From NCBI RefSeq assembly GCF_964204645.1, contig NC_134033.1:1384131-1448130 (forward strand): a DNA stretch of 64,000 nt, in the 5' to 3' direction. The position numbers and the translations under genes were made by a program. Under the pieces are notes generated by a model that had not been told where the DNA came from, searched no databases, and worked only from the letters and a program-made list of their open reading frames with translations. This document shows, piece after piece, positions 35,601-56,251 of this stretch; the first letter of the stretch is position 1; each line of letters starts with the position of its first letter. Origin of the DNA: Tubulanus polymorphus (taxonomy: Eukaryota; Animalia; Nemertea).

Positions 35601-38600
35601 TGTTAAAATCTTGAGAAAAAAATTCTAGGAAAAATCGATGTTTGACCGAAGAATTTTGTTTTTATCTACCAAAATTGTGATTAGCAATGGCTTATTTGTT
35701 TTTGTACCTTTTGATGAGAACATGATTTTGATTATTTTTTTTCCAGGAACGCATCCGGCAATATGAAGAAACAATGCACCAAAACGGTAAGAAAAACTCT
35801 TACATCTAAAACAAGTTTTTCTTTGTTTTAGAGCCCATAATATGTTTAATTAAATTCAAACTTCCAACAGGCAAATCAGGGTCCGGTTTCATCGGAAAGT
35901 CATAAGTTAAAAACGCTTTGAAATGTTGAATGAATGAATAAATGTCAAAATTCATATAGCGCCAATTTCATGCAATAGATGTTCAAAGACGGTCCCTAGA
36001 AATGATTATTTCAGCTGAAAATGAGTTTGGCTTCATTCAAAACATGAAGTAACTAAAAATACTTCATATTATATAAAAAATTTGAGTTTAGATTTTTTTT
36101 AGACTGGACCCCCAAATATTGAGCAATTTCAATTCTAAATTAGAAAATTTTTCTGCATGCAAATTTTGGATAGAAAATGGAATCAAATTTTGCGTCAAAA
36201 GATGATTTTTTGTTTTCAATGACAATTTAAGGAATTACAGTCCGTAAGAGAAGGCAAAGGAGGTCACTGCAAAAGGGCAATATCGATAGTGCAGGGAAGG
36301 AGATCGATGGCGATGAGAATGAAAGCGATGATAACGAGGATGAAATCGTCGCAAAGAATGATGAAAGTTTGATGACGGTCAAACAAAAAATCACCAATTC
36401 CGTAAGTCGACGTTAATGATAGTTTCTCAACCCCTTTAAATCCGTTTTAATGAATCTCACTAAAAAAATTGAATATTTAATTTTTTCTTTTTTTTCGGAA
36501 TTTCTCAGATGATGGGCGTGTCGTCCCCGGGGCGTAGAAACACGGGCCGATTCCGTCAGACGTCGCCCGTGAAACAGCCCTCGCCGAGACCGGCGCGTCG
36601 GGTTCCTCGGCAATCCTCACCGCGTGCTGCGCGTAGGGCACCACCGACTCAGGAGCCCTCGGTTCCGTCAAATCATCCGCGACAATCGATATCGAATTCT
36701 CCTAAAACCGTTCCGTCTGCTCGTCGCGATAATCAAAAATCCTCGAAAATTGCCCGAAATCAGAAACGATCAGTCGCGACCTCAGCGGAACGAGAATCGG
36801 GAATTTCAATCGGCGAAAATAATCCTCACGAGGATGAAACACTTTTATTCGACGAGGAGCAGCTCGAAGGTAAAATCATTTCAGATTCCGTAACTCATCA
36901 AAATTCAAGATTTAAAAACGGTTGAAAATTCATTTAAAGTTCGAATTATTTACATAGTTATTCAATGCATCGCTAATAGACTTTTTCTAATTTTGAAATA
37001 ACTGATTTCTCAGAAAATGATGCTCTTCTCAATCAACTACTCGGTAATGACCATGACGACGTCACCAATGACATTGCGCCACCTAGTACGCAAGCCAGTA
37101 CTAACGATACGTCCGCTCTCACCGATGATGTAGCGCCATTAAGTCCTCGAGTCGGAACTTACGATGCGTCTGCTCTCACCGACACCGAATCAGAATTTGA
37201 TCCGACCGATGTATTCTCGTGTCGATGGTTCAAAGGTTTACAAGATTTAACGGACGTTCTGTCACCGTTGCCGCCCTCACCTGCCATGGTAGGTTTCATC
37301 CGGGTGTGTTGAGGGTCAGGGTTTAAGGGTCAGGATCTAAGGGTCTAGCCAAATATTTAGGATGAATTAATCATAAATTGGCATTCAGGCAGTAGTGCCC
37401 CCCTTTTAACAGGAAAATTCCTTTCCCATGGTTTGGGTTCCTACTGCAGTCACAGAAACATTTCCGATCTCCGGATTAAAGAACAATGATTGAAGATTAA
37501 ATGATTAAGGGAATTACTACCGTAATTCTCTAATCCTAATCGTAAATCTTTTTTATGTTTCAGGAATTAGAAGAATTCGATTCTTCTCATCAGGAATCGG
37601 CGGAAACTACCGATTCAACGACGTACACTCTACCGAAAAGAATCGACTCGCTCGGATTCCTGCCGATTTGCGAAAATTCTCGCGACAATCACGTAACCAT
37701 TGGCGATGACAACGATTGTTACGATAAACGCGAAAGGACTGTCGTAACTAAGCAATCAGATGACGTATGCCGAGGGTCGGCGTTCACTTTATATCATCGG
37801 CAGTCGACGTTAGGTTTCGACGTTGAAGCGGTTAAACGGGACGTCGCCGCCGGCATCGACCAATCAGATCTCCGCGAAGAGGATGAAAATTCGAATTTCA
37901 GCCGGGAAGAATGTCGCAATACTAATAACAATAAAAACACGGACGCGAAGTCCGCGTTTAAGAAGTCGTTCGGGTTTGATTTCGCGGGCGATAAAGCTCC
38001 GTCTGGTGGTGATCGCGAGAATCGACCGAGTAAGTTCGGTCGTAACGAGGGGTTCGAGGATTTCGCGAGCGATAACGCGCTGCCTTTTTCATCGGCGGCG
38101 CCATCCGGTGGTGATCGCACGAGTCAATCGACTAGTCCGTCTGCTGGTAATGACGAACACGCCGGTGCTGCCACCTCGCGGCGATCGGCCGAAGTAACGA
38201 TGTCCGGAAACAGCGCCGAGAACTCATGGAATTCCGAGGTGGAAAAATCGAACATCGCGAAATTGGACACCGATGGAAACAACGAAACCGTTAAAACTTT
38301 AGCGGAATCGATAAATTTCGCCATAAATTCAAATGTTTTCAAGACTAGTTCTGATAAGACTTCTACTTCATCTGATAAGTTTTGTAACAATGACAATAAC
38401 GTGATAAGCTCTCATGGAAATAATCACGAAAATAGTTTTGTGAATTTTTGCGATGAAATTAAGAGTGCAAACAATGAAAATGATGATGATATCAACCGTG
38501 AAAAGGAGGAAATGGGTGGCCGGTTGAATGAGGATGAGTGTAACAGTGTTTTAGAGGATGTAAAGGATGATGAAATTGTTGAAAAGGAGAAACTTGATTG

Positions 38601-41600
38601 CGATAACGAATTAATCGACGATAATGAAAATGATGAAGATGAAAAGAATGATCTCGTCAGTGATGATTCGATTGTAAATGATGACGATGAAAAGGATGAT
38701 CGTATGGGCGATGAAGAGGAAGGAGAACAGTCCGTTTGTGATAAAACTATAACGAATGAAGATTGCGATGTTGACAATTTAGGAACTGTTCAGCGTTCAA
38801 CTCCAGGTGGACGTTCAACTCCAAGGGGACGTTCAATTCCGGATGAACTCTCAACTCCAGGTGAACGTTTCACTAGTGAACTTTCAACTTCCAGTGAATG
38901 TTTCATTCCGCGCGAATATTCGGTTTCTGGTGAACGCTTTATGTCTGGTGAGCGCTCGGCTTCTGTTGAACGTTCAAATCCGGTAAGCGAATGCCTATCT
39001 TCTCGTGAACGCTCAGCTTCCGTAGAGCGCTCGACGAACGACCAACCTTCAAACCCAATCGTATCTCGTCGAAATTCAATTCCGAATCGCACAGCGGGAA
39101 TTCTGACGTTTCGTAGCAGTCCGGTTTACGTGCCGTCGACAGTTTCTACCGTGCTGCCACCTATCATCCGCGCGAGTCAAAGCGCGATAACGATCGTATC
39201 GCCCGAAACGAGCGGTCTACCGGCGGCGATTGTTACGAGCGACGAGTCGAATTCGAGTATTCCGTCGGGTATATTCCCGTCGTCGTCGTCGAACCGGTCT
39301 CCGCCGTTGTCCCCGACGACGAGAATGACGCCGTTGTCGCCGTTGCCAATATCACCGTTTCTGATAAGCGGTCGAATAACTCCGATCTCTCCACTACCTC
39401 CATCTCCGCAGACGATCCGAGAGGAATTGTTGTCACCGTTACCCGGGTCACCGCCGTTAGATAATTCCGATTCTACTCTCACCAGCGGTTCCTCTTCCTC
39501 GTCGTCGTGCTACAGTCCAAATTCTTCCATGACTCGATTCTCTGCGACGTCGTCCATTTTCATTTCACCTTTGAGCGGCGGCAACAATGCGTCGGGTTCC
39601 GTGGTGACGCCGGCGCCTTCGATCATATCTCCGCTACCGATTACGCCGTCTGCGGCGGTAGGTGGCAGCACCGGTTCGTCCTCGTCGCTGCGCCGGCAGA
39701 CGGATGATAGCGAAAACAACGTCGTGAGCAGACGGAATTTGGAGGTGAAATTTGTAGAAGAGAAAAGGGAATCAGAGACGGAATCATCGAGGGATTCATC
39801 AGATCGGATTCTTGTAAATAATCGAGTAATCAAGGAAAGAAGTGAAGACGAGAATTATCGAGAAAATATAGAAAACTTGAGACAGGAAGAACCACAGTTT
39901 GACTCCCAGCCTAAAGAACCACAGTTTGACTCCCAGCTTGAAGAACCACAGTTTGACTCCCAGCTTGAAGAACCACAGTTTGACTCCCAGCTTGAAGAAC
40001 CACAGTTTGACTCCCAGCTTGAAGAACCACAGTTTGACTCCCAGCTTGAAGAACCACAGTTTGACTCCCAGCTTGAAGAACCACAGTTTGAGCAAACCGA
40101 TATCCATAACAGGAATTTAAATTCTGCGCCTCCTGAAGATGAAATAGAATTGGTTGAATGTCCTGCAGGTGATGAGGGTCAGACAACCTCCTGCTCGACG
40201 AAGTCATTGTTAGCAGACGGATCGAAGGTTGATGATTTAGAGACCAAACCTGCACCGACTCCGCAAATAGAAGCACAAAATTCCAAAGCTCGAAGAGTTA
40301 AAAAGCCAAACTCTGAAACTGTGGAAGTCTTGGCGCAAAACTCTCGAACTGATGAGGTACAAAAGCCACAAACTCCACAGGCCACAGGGCATAACTCACA
40401 AACTCCACTGGCTCAAAACTCTGAAACTCTGGAAGTCTTGGTGCAAAACTCCAGAAATGAGGCCACACGAGGCTCACAAACTCCACCGGTCAAGGCACAA
40501 AACTCGCAAAAGTCTTCACAGGTCCAAAACTCTGAAACACTGAAAGGGCCAAACTTGAACCGATCGAAAAAACCATCCGACGAAAAATCGGCAGTGAACG
40601 TGAGCGACGTCGGGCTGAAGAGAAACTTATCGAAACAAAAAGTCGTCGCTCCGAAAATTAGGCGAAAATCTAGCGAAAATTCGGCGGTAAAAACGAATCC
40701 CAAAACGACCGCTGAAACGGCGGAGAAAATCAATTCAGAAACCGCAATGATTTCGGATGAATCGAATCACGGCGATTCCATCCAACAATCAAAACCGTTA
40801 GAGTCATCGAGGGACGTCGGCGGTATGGGCAGACGTAAACGAATCGCTCGTCATCCACCGCCGAATATACCTCTGTTTCAACTCGGAGCCGCGTCGTCGA
40901 GAATAACCCGGCAGCAGATGCCGCAGCAGACGTCGAGAATCAATCGCTCCGAATCACCGGTCACCGCGAAAACCGTTCCTCCGCATCAACAATGCGTAGT
41001 TCCTACGAAAGTCAATCAGTCGGAGTCACCGGTTGTCGCGGAAACTATCGAGACAAAAGAGGCTGTTACCGTACAACGTTTCGATTCGGCGAAAGCGGCT
41101 GAGGACGACCATGTCAAGGTCGTCGATTGTTGCCCGTCTGGCGGCGTCAACAACAATGCGACTAAACGTAAAAAGAAAAAACAGAAGAAAAGACGCCAAA
41201 AAGAAGAAATGACGCCACATGAAAATCAAGGTATGAATTGAAATAGATCTTAAAACTGGTCTCAAGTTGTTAGATTGGTTATAGAACCAAAATGAGCTTA
41301 GACTGATCTCAAGTTGTTAGATTGGTTATAGAACCAAAATGAGCTTAGACTGGTCTTAAGTTGTTAGATTGGTTATAGAACCAAAATGAGCTTAGACTGG
41401 TCTCAAGTTGTTAGATTGGTTATAGAACCAAAATGAGCTTAGACTGGTCTCAAGTTGTTAGATTGGTTATAGAACCAAAATGAGCTTAGACTGGTCTTAA
41501 GTTGTTAGATTGGTTATAGAACCAAAATGAGCTTAGACTGGTCTCAAGTTGTTAGATTGGTTATAGAACCAAAATGAGCTTAGACTGATCTCAAGTTGTT

Positions 41601-44600
41601 AGATTGGTTATAGAACCAAAATGAGCTTAGACTGGTCTTAAGTTGTTAGATTGGTTATAGAACCAAAATGAGCTTAGACTGGTCTCAAGTTGTTAGATTG
41701 GTTATAGAACCAAAATGAGCTTAGACTGGTTTCAAGTTGTTAGATTGGTTATAGAACCAAAATGAGCTTAGACTGGTCTCAAGTTGTTAGATTGGTTATA
41801 GAACAAAAATGAACATAAGACGGGTCTTAAATCTAAACTATGACCCCTAAATTAAATGTATTTGCTGTTTGTAGGGATTTCAGCTGCAGATGAATCTATG
41901 GAACCACCGGCTAAACGAATCTGTAGCCCGGAACCTGCACCAGCAGCACCGGCGCCATTGGTAGGTGAACTCAAGAATCATCCTGACATAAGGAAGCAGA
42001 CGGAGCTACAACCAAATCACCAAACCTCGGTGATTGTTAAAACAATGGCGGCGCCAGAGACAATCACAGTGAATCCAGGAAAACAGAGCAGAGGTTTGAA
42101 AAATGCAGCCTTTGGTTGCATACAGCAACAGCAACAGCAGCAGCATCAGCAACAAACTGGTGTTAATGCAGCCCCTAGTCAAGTGCAGCAGCAACTTCAG
42201 CAGCAGCAACAACAACAGACAGGTGTCAATGCAGCCCCTAGTCATGTACAGCAGCAGCAGCAACAGCAACAGCAGAGAGCTGTAAAGACTTTAGCTCAAT
42301 TAGTCCCACTACCAAAGAGGAAAAACAAACGTGATAAAACAATATTGGAATGTAAGTTTTACTTGTTTCTGAACTCAGTTCCACTGTTCTTAATTCAGTT
42401 CCACAGTTGAACTGTTGAATTGGATCCCGATGTTTCAGACTATTTTGCAAAAGGTTTTTTCTTCAAAATCTATTAATTTTGTTCACAGATTTACAAACGG
42501 AAATCATGAAATTCGTTAAAACCCCAAACGTCACCGGGGGCAGCAGCAGCGTTGAGACGATTGTCGAAAAGTTGAAAAATTCCGACCCGTTCAGAACGGA
42601 ACTTTTAGTTGAAGCGATCATCAAGGTAAACTGTTGAATCCCACTCACTCTCCCATTTTGAATTTGTTGAAATTTTACTAATTAGAAATTTTTGTTCATT
42701 CCTACGTACGTGAATTGATTTGTATTTATTTCAGGTATTGTTGATGTTGCCTAGCGATCTGTTGGCGTTGTTGTACGGTTGTGAGATGTTGTTGAAACCG
42801 TGTTTGTCGCAGGCTGAACGCAAGATGGCCGATTTCTGTCGACAGTTTTATCCGCTGATGGTAAGAGTTTGTTCGTAGAGATAGTGGGAGAGGGGAAGGA
42901 GACAAAGGGATGAGAGAGGGAGAGGGGAGTGAAGAGAGGGAGAGGGGAGTGAAGAGAGAGAGGGGAGAGGGGAGTGAAGAGAGGGGGAGAGGGGAGTGAA
43001 GAGAGATATAGTGGGAGAGGGGAAGGAGACAGAGGGATGAGGGAGGGAGAGGGGAGTGAAGAGAGGGAGAGGGGAGTGAAGATAGAGATAGTGGGAGAGG
43101 GGAAGGAGACAGAGGGGTGTAAGAGGGAGGAGGGGGAGTGAAGTGAAAGGGGAGAAGATAGAGGGGAAAAGAGACAGAGAGAGAAAGGAAAGAAAGAGAA
43201 GAAAATGAAAAAGAGCAGAGAGAGGAGAGAGTAAGAGGAAGAGTACCTGCCGATTGGGAGAGTTCATTCATAGAGCTAGTGGGTGAGACAGAGATGGGGA
43301 TGGAGAGAGAGGGAGAGGAGTAAGAGAGAAAGAGGGGGAGAGAGGAGATGGAGAGGGAAGGGGTAGAGGATTAAGTGAGAAAGAGGGGGAGATGGCGAGT
43401 TCTGGTCGCAGATTAACTCAATTTTCGTTATTTTTTCATTTCTAGGCGTCGTTGAAAGAACAGTTACTAAAATCATTGAGCAAAAGAATTCTATTCGACA
43501 AAACAATTCCTGAAGTTCCGCGAATGGGTCTCTGGTAAGTGAAGTATTACCTTCAGGTTGCTCAGAGATTCCGTGATTTTTTGAAATTTGAATTTTTGAT
43601 TTTTTTCAGTCGTTTTTTCGGCGGCTTATGCCACGACGACGGCAGCGATTTAGAAATCGCGCGGGTTCTGATTTTCGATCTGATCTATCACGACGTCACG
43701 CATTACCCGCAGTTCATACTGAGCGTGATCAGCGGCTGTCCGAGGGTTCTACGCAAAACATTCATCAAACTAAATCCAGGTACGAGATGAACGAACAACT
43801 GTGACGGTCGAACTAGGTAGTCAGGGGGGGTCGAACTAGGTAGTCAGGGGGGGTCGAACTAGGTAGTCAGGGGGGTCGCTTACCTGGAAATCACGGAATT
43901 TTGTTTAAAAAAAAGCAAAATATTCAGGGAATTTTGTGAAAATGCTAAATATCAGGGAAAAGTCAGGGAAATTGTTAGATCATGCCACTGCAGGGACTTG
44001 ACACAAAAGGATTTTGACCCCAGTATCCTAGGTACCGGTACTATATAGGATACTGGGGTCAAAATCCTTTTGGATCATGCGTAAAATCAAAGAGTTTCTG
44101 TCTTTGTCTTATGTATTTGACTGTGTTAATTAATTGGATTCTTAGCAGATCAAGTCTGGGAAAACAACGAGCATGTCAGAGAATAGTCAGGGGTAATTTG
44201 ATTAGATAGATCGCGCGTAAAACCAAACAGTTTCCGTCTATGACTTACACATATTTTGACTGTGTTAATTGATTGGATTCATAGTACAAGATCAAGTCAG
44301 GGAAAACAATGTGCATGTCAGGGAATAGTCAGGAGGAAAGAAAGCTAGTCAAATAAAGATGGCCTACCGATTGGTGTTGATATTCGAACCCTGTGCATTC
44401 TGATCTAAGATCTTCAATCTTTAATTGATTATTTTACAGATACGGTCTCGTTGGTGACGCTGATGGAATGGATGATACCGAAAAAATGCGACTTGTTACC
44501 GCAACAATACGACCGCCATAGCAACGTAAGTTACCGCGCGAATTGCTACGAACTCAAATATATCTCAGTAGAAAATATTGCAAAGATTCTTTTGAGTTCT

Positions 44601-46464
44601 AGACATTTGCCCCCCCCTTCGACAATTTTTTCATATACATTAAGCATTACAGTACGCAATTGCACTGACCACTCCCCCTTCCCCTAATGCGTACGTAATA
44701 AATGAATGATCCCATATACTTTTAAACATTGAATTGTTTGAATTCAGGTGAAGAAAGCGTTTATGGATTTGTGTCGATGGAAAGAATCGAAGCAGACGCC
44801 GGAAACATTCATACAAATAATCGTCTGCCAAATCATCAACTCTACTCAACCTCAACAACAGCCAAACGGTAATTACTTCTACAGTGGACTCACTTCCTCA
44901 GTTCTACACCCTGTTTCACAGTTACTGGACTCGGTTCAACAGTTACTGGACTCAGTTCCACAGTTACTGAACCCAGTTCCACAGTTACTGAACCCAGTTC
45001 CACAGTTCTGTGCCAAGTTCCACAGCTCTGTGCCCAGTTCCATAGTTCTGGACTCAGTTCCACAGTTCTGGACTCAGTTCAACAGTTGCTGAACCCAGTT
45101 CAACAGTTACTGAACCCAGTTCCACAGTTCTGTGCCCAGTTCCACAGTTCTGGACCCAGTTCCACAGTTCTGGACTCAGTTCCACCGTTCTGGACTCAGT
45201 TCCACAGTTCTGTACCCAGTTCCACAGTTCTAGACTCACTTCCACAGTTCAGGACTCAGTTCAATAGCTAGTGGACCTTGTTTCAAAGTTCTGTATCTGA
45301 TTCCCAGACGTTGCTGAAGCTTTTATTTGTATTTTTCAGAGGTTGAATTGTACCAGAATTTACGCTGTATTGAACTATTGTGCTCGTATCAAGGCTGGGA
45401 ATGGACGAACTCGTATTATATTCGGAATATCGTTTGGCCGAAACTACAAGCGTGGAGTGTTTCACCGATAAACAACCGAACAATGTCCGACCGTGCCATT
45501 GCTTCACTGCTACAATCTTTAGGTAATCTTTCCCCCTCTCTCTCTCTCCAATCTTTATCACCCATCTCTTCCCCCTCTCCCTACCCTCCCAATCTCTCTC
45601 ACTCCCTCACTCCTCTCTAGCTCCCCATCTCTTCCCTCTCTCACTCCCCATCTCACTCCCCCTCACCTCTCTTTCCCCTCTCCCTACCCTCCCAATCCCT
45701 TCCTCACTCCTCTCTTCAGCTCCCCATCTCTTCCCCCTCTCACTCCCTTACTCCCCTCTCACTCCCCCTCTCCTGTTCCCTTCCTCCCTCTCTTCCCCTC
45801 TCACTCCCTCCTCTCTTCATTTCTTCCATTTCTTTTGGCTCCCCATCTCTTCCTCCTTGTTCCTCTCATCTCTCAGCATCTCCTAAAATATGAATCAGAT
45901 GTTTTTGTTATTTTGCTATAACAAATTCTGTTCTCATGTTTCAGGACCGGTATGTTTGAAATGTCCGACGAAAAACAAGATGGCCGTCGTTGAGACGATG
46001 AGCGTGCTGAAGATACTCTTACAGTCGATGGGCGGCTCGGAAACTAGTGAGTATAAATATCATCCCTGAAACCATCAAGCTTCACTTGAATCCGATTGGG
46101 GGAGAGGCCTGGAGAAACATATCGAGCCCTGAATCGATGAGAGACCAGTGAAAGACTGGCGGGTTGATCAGTATCCTCGCCCCTGAAGGGTTTGTACTTA
46201 CACCGTTTACTGGTATTTCTATTTGTAGTTCCGGTTGCTGTCCAGGAGGGGGCGCTGTCAGCGTTATTGATGTTAAGCGCGTACGATCCTCAGTTAGTCG
46301 GTATGGTAACCGTTGCCTGGGTCGATCAACACCGTGCAGAAATATCGGAAACATTGCGTCGAAATATCTATCAATTCGTGATCGCGTTTTTACCGGTGGC
46401 GCCCTATCTGTCGAGTCTGTTAAATATTATAGAACCATCGGAACCCAGTTCCACATTTGCGTGA
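29648..46464 (+). CDS. ICE1: Little elongation complex subunit 1 (ICE1/KIAA0947) homologue, ~23 exons
   Basis: join(29648..29863,30052..30122,30202..30236,30703..30763,30860..31004,31616..31725,32163..32200,35356..35438,35747..35786,36232..36401,36509..36869,37014..37288,37564..41230,41875..42351,42489..42625,42735..42860,43446..43534,43610..43779,44440..44525,44748..44868,45340..45522,45945..46046,46229..46464); phases are consistent throughout. N-terminal CQSCIQLRN...KTLKQKIISTDLLIKKY coiled coil, huge low-complexity middle with SPLPPSP motifs, and C-terminal ELLCSYQGWEWT..IRNIVWP match my recollection of ICE1. Confidence 0.82.
30237..30702 (+). other. U12-type AT-AC intron (ICE1 intron 3)
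   Basis: 5'ss ATATCCTTTT at 30237; branch-like CACCTTGAC at ~30685-30693, then TTTGGCCAC; the frame is maintained (KSQ-D-YNNQ). Confidence 0.9.
31050..31410. repeat. ~23-bp minisatellite CAGCCTGGACCCTGCACCCTCGT
   Basis: Degenerate tandem copies in an ICE1 intron. Confidence 0.88.
31785..32062. repeat. ~90-bp tandem repeat x3 (GACTTACACTTAGTAAATTGAATTAGAA...)
   Basis: Three imperfect copies; a related sequence lies at ~46620-46700. Confidence 0.75.
32524..32902. repeat. 42-bp near-perfect minisatellite CGATCTACAGTAGACTCCACGCTTGTGGGACCCGATAGATAC x9
   Basis: Copies are identical except for one substitution in the last; no spacers. Confidence 0.97.
33296..33898 (-). CDS. Single-Ig-domain type I membrane protein (200 aa), nested antisense in an ICE1 intron
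   Basis: Signal-like hydrophobic stretch (MVTVVAVIIVALFAGARS); I-set Ig (AEFKC..LAWY..GTLRIVNASLSDTAAYTC); TM GLIIVGVNGVLLVVFIACSI; basic stop-transfer RRR. Probable 5'UTR intron ~33968-34178 and YY1-type motif at ~34213-34224. Confidence 0.88.
   Translation of the reverse strand: MESRLMTGEGIKRMVTVVAVIIVALFAGARSSGEPSSVCQHGEKLCTSIAPKNLATEIGETAEFKCAAPPTTNSTTLAWYFENGTRISDANESARFVDDSNGTLRIVNASLSDTAAYTCSVVATTAVSVGNSTSYLRVFAMPDYRREGLIIVGVNGVLLVVFIACSIQSVCRRRLDDRRQRRKNQQYEKTPAVDIVVTQQ
34439..34645. mobile_element. Perfect 86-bp fold-back with hammerhead-like 35-nt centre (Penelope-like pLTR/retrozyme remnant)
   Basis: 34439-34524 is the exact reverse complement of 34560-34645. Centre: CAC-CTGACGA-T-GATCTC-TAGGGT-GAGATC-GATA-CG-TC-GTG. 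Confidence 0.7.
34914..34965 (-). ncRNA. Degenerate solo copy of the 62.8-kb hammerhead-like motif
   Basis: Minus strand TTC-CTGAAGA-T-GACTTT-TAGGAT-GTGTAGTC-AAAA-CGTT-GAA; GAAA is mutated to AAAA. Confidence 0.55.
35210..35281. repeat. 18-bp tandem repeat CTTCAGTGATTCTGATTC x4
   Basis: Direct inspection. Confidence 0.9.
35476..35583. mobile_element. MITE family 1 copy
   Basis: CAG|GACCCAGTTCCACAG...CTGTGGAACTGGACC|CAG. Confidence 0.8.
39887..40090 (+). repeat. Coding 27-bp VNTR (EEPQFDSQL x~8) in the giant ICE1 exon
   Basis: GAAGAACCACAGTTTGACTCCCAGCTT, near-identical copies in frame. Confidence 0.95.
41252..41835. repeat. 47-bp satellite x12 (MITE family 2 derived)
   Basis: Highly homogeneous, 47-bp period; occupies almost the whole intron. 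Confidence 0.95.
43984..44075. mobile_element. Palindromic MITE-like element (family 4)
   Basis: CAAAAGGATTTTGACCCCAGTATCCTA / TAGGATACTGGGGTCAAAATCCTTTTG inverted repeat; a fuller copy with GCCAC..GTGGC ends lies at ~58541-58655. Confidence 0.65.
44900..45270. repeat. 21-bp MITE-end minisatellite
   Basis: CTGGACCCAGTTCCACAGTT-type units; generates spurious ORFs. Confidence 0.9.
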
Positions 46465-47189
46465 GGTTTGATTCCACGGTGGATCCATTTCCACAGTTGT
46501 GTGAGGGCTTTTCCTGCTGTGGATATAGTTCCACAGTTGCATGGGTTTAATATGACTCAGAAACTTGTTAAGTCCAACTTGGCTGAAGTCATCATAGCTG
46601 TCGATGATCACTTTTCCAAATGACTTATTCAAATGACTTATCAATTGAATTGCGAATAAAAATTGGGACTGAAAAACCTTATCAGATGATGACTTTAAGG
46701 AGTTGGACTTTATAATTCCATGACAATCTTCAAATACTCAAGAAAATAGATAGAATTACGTAATCATGTAGTGAAAGAGGTTTTGTATTTTATCCTACGG
46801 CGTCTGGTAATGAATTTATGTTCTATTCGAGTCAAAATCATGTTGTTGAAAAATTTTTCATAGGTTGCGGGGGAGGGTTGGTAACTTGTGCCGATGAATT
46901 TCCAACCGATTGTTCTGTCGAATGAATGATTGAGGTATTGTTTTGTTGTTACTGTGATTAAGATAATGTTGTTGTCGAATCAGCATTTTATATTGTTGTT
47001 TTTCTTACTCTTGTGATAAATATTTGTGAATAAAAAATGTATCGAATTAAACGCAGTTAATTCCTACTTAATGCGGACAAACAAAAACTTTTCATTGATT
47101 CATTTATCATATTTATTCATCTATATGTAAGCTTGGTTCTGATTGGTCAGTTTGTTACTATCTTAGTCATTCACAGTCTGGCAGTCAAT

Positions 47190-47630
47190 TCAATGACAGT
47201 CATGAGTGGCTGTGATGTCACTGGTCAGATGACCTAGGGTTAGGGCTAGCTGGCAGTCATGAATGGCTATGATGTCACTGGTCAGCTGACCTAGGGTTAG
47301 GGTTAGCTGGCAGTCATGAATAGCTATGATGTCACTGGTCAGCTGACCTAGGGTTAGGGTTAGCTGGCAGTCATGAATGGCTGTGATGTCACTGGTCTCC
47401 TGACCTAGGGTTAGGGTTAGCTGGCAGTCATGAGTGCCTGTGATGTCACCGGTCAGCTGACCTAGGGTTAGGGTTAGCTGGCAGTCATGAATGGCTGTGA
47501 TGTCACTGGTCACCTGACCTAAGGTTAGGGCTAGCTGGCAGTCATGAGTGTTTGTGATGTCACTGGTCACCTGACCTAGTTAGGGTTAGCTGGCAGTCAT
47601 GAATGGCTGTGATGTCACTGGTCTCCTGAT
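47190..47630. repeat. 57-bp minisatellite containing telomere-like CTAGGGTTAGGGTTAG
   Basis: About 7.5 copies between the convergent ICE1 and AARS2 ends; a solo related copy lies at ~48450-48535. Confidence 0.9.
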
Positions 47631-47954
47631 CACCTATTCCTTTAATTCCTTCATCATTCCAATGATCAAAATTTCAAAAGAACTTTTCATTTATTTATTT
47701 ATTCATCACAGCAACAAATATTACACCTTATCATAACATTTCTGTTGATACAAAGATGTCTGCCACCATAAATCCCCCTATGACATCATCAAATTAGAGG
47801 CAGCCATTTAGGCAGTCCAGGATCCATTGCCATGGTTGTGAGTTAGAGTTAACTCTGAACTCAGGACCCAGTTCCACAGTTGTGAGTTAGAGTAACCAAT
47901 ACCATTCGAGGTAGAAAGAGTCTAATCATAAAGAAGTTTAATCCATTCCTTACA

Positions 47955-56251
<8,297 letters not shown>

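Noticed and set aside
39887-40090. ICE1 coding VNTR derived from the MITE terminus
   Set aside because: The shared CCACAGTT is too short to be significant.
37555-41241. Stand-alone 1228-aa gene
   Set aside because: It has an acceptor at 37563 and a donor at 41231 in phase with flanking ICE1 exons, so it is an internal exon.
47190-47630. True or interstitial telomere
   Set aside because: Only 2-3 hexamers per 57-bp unit.
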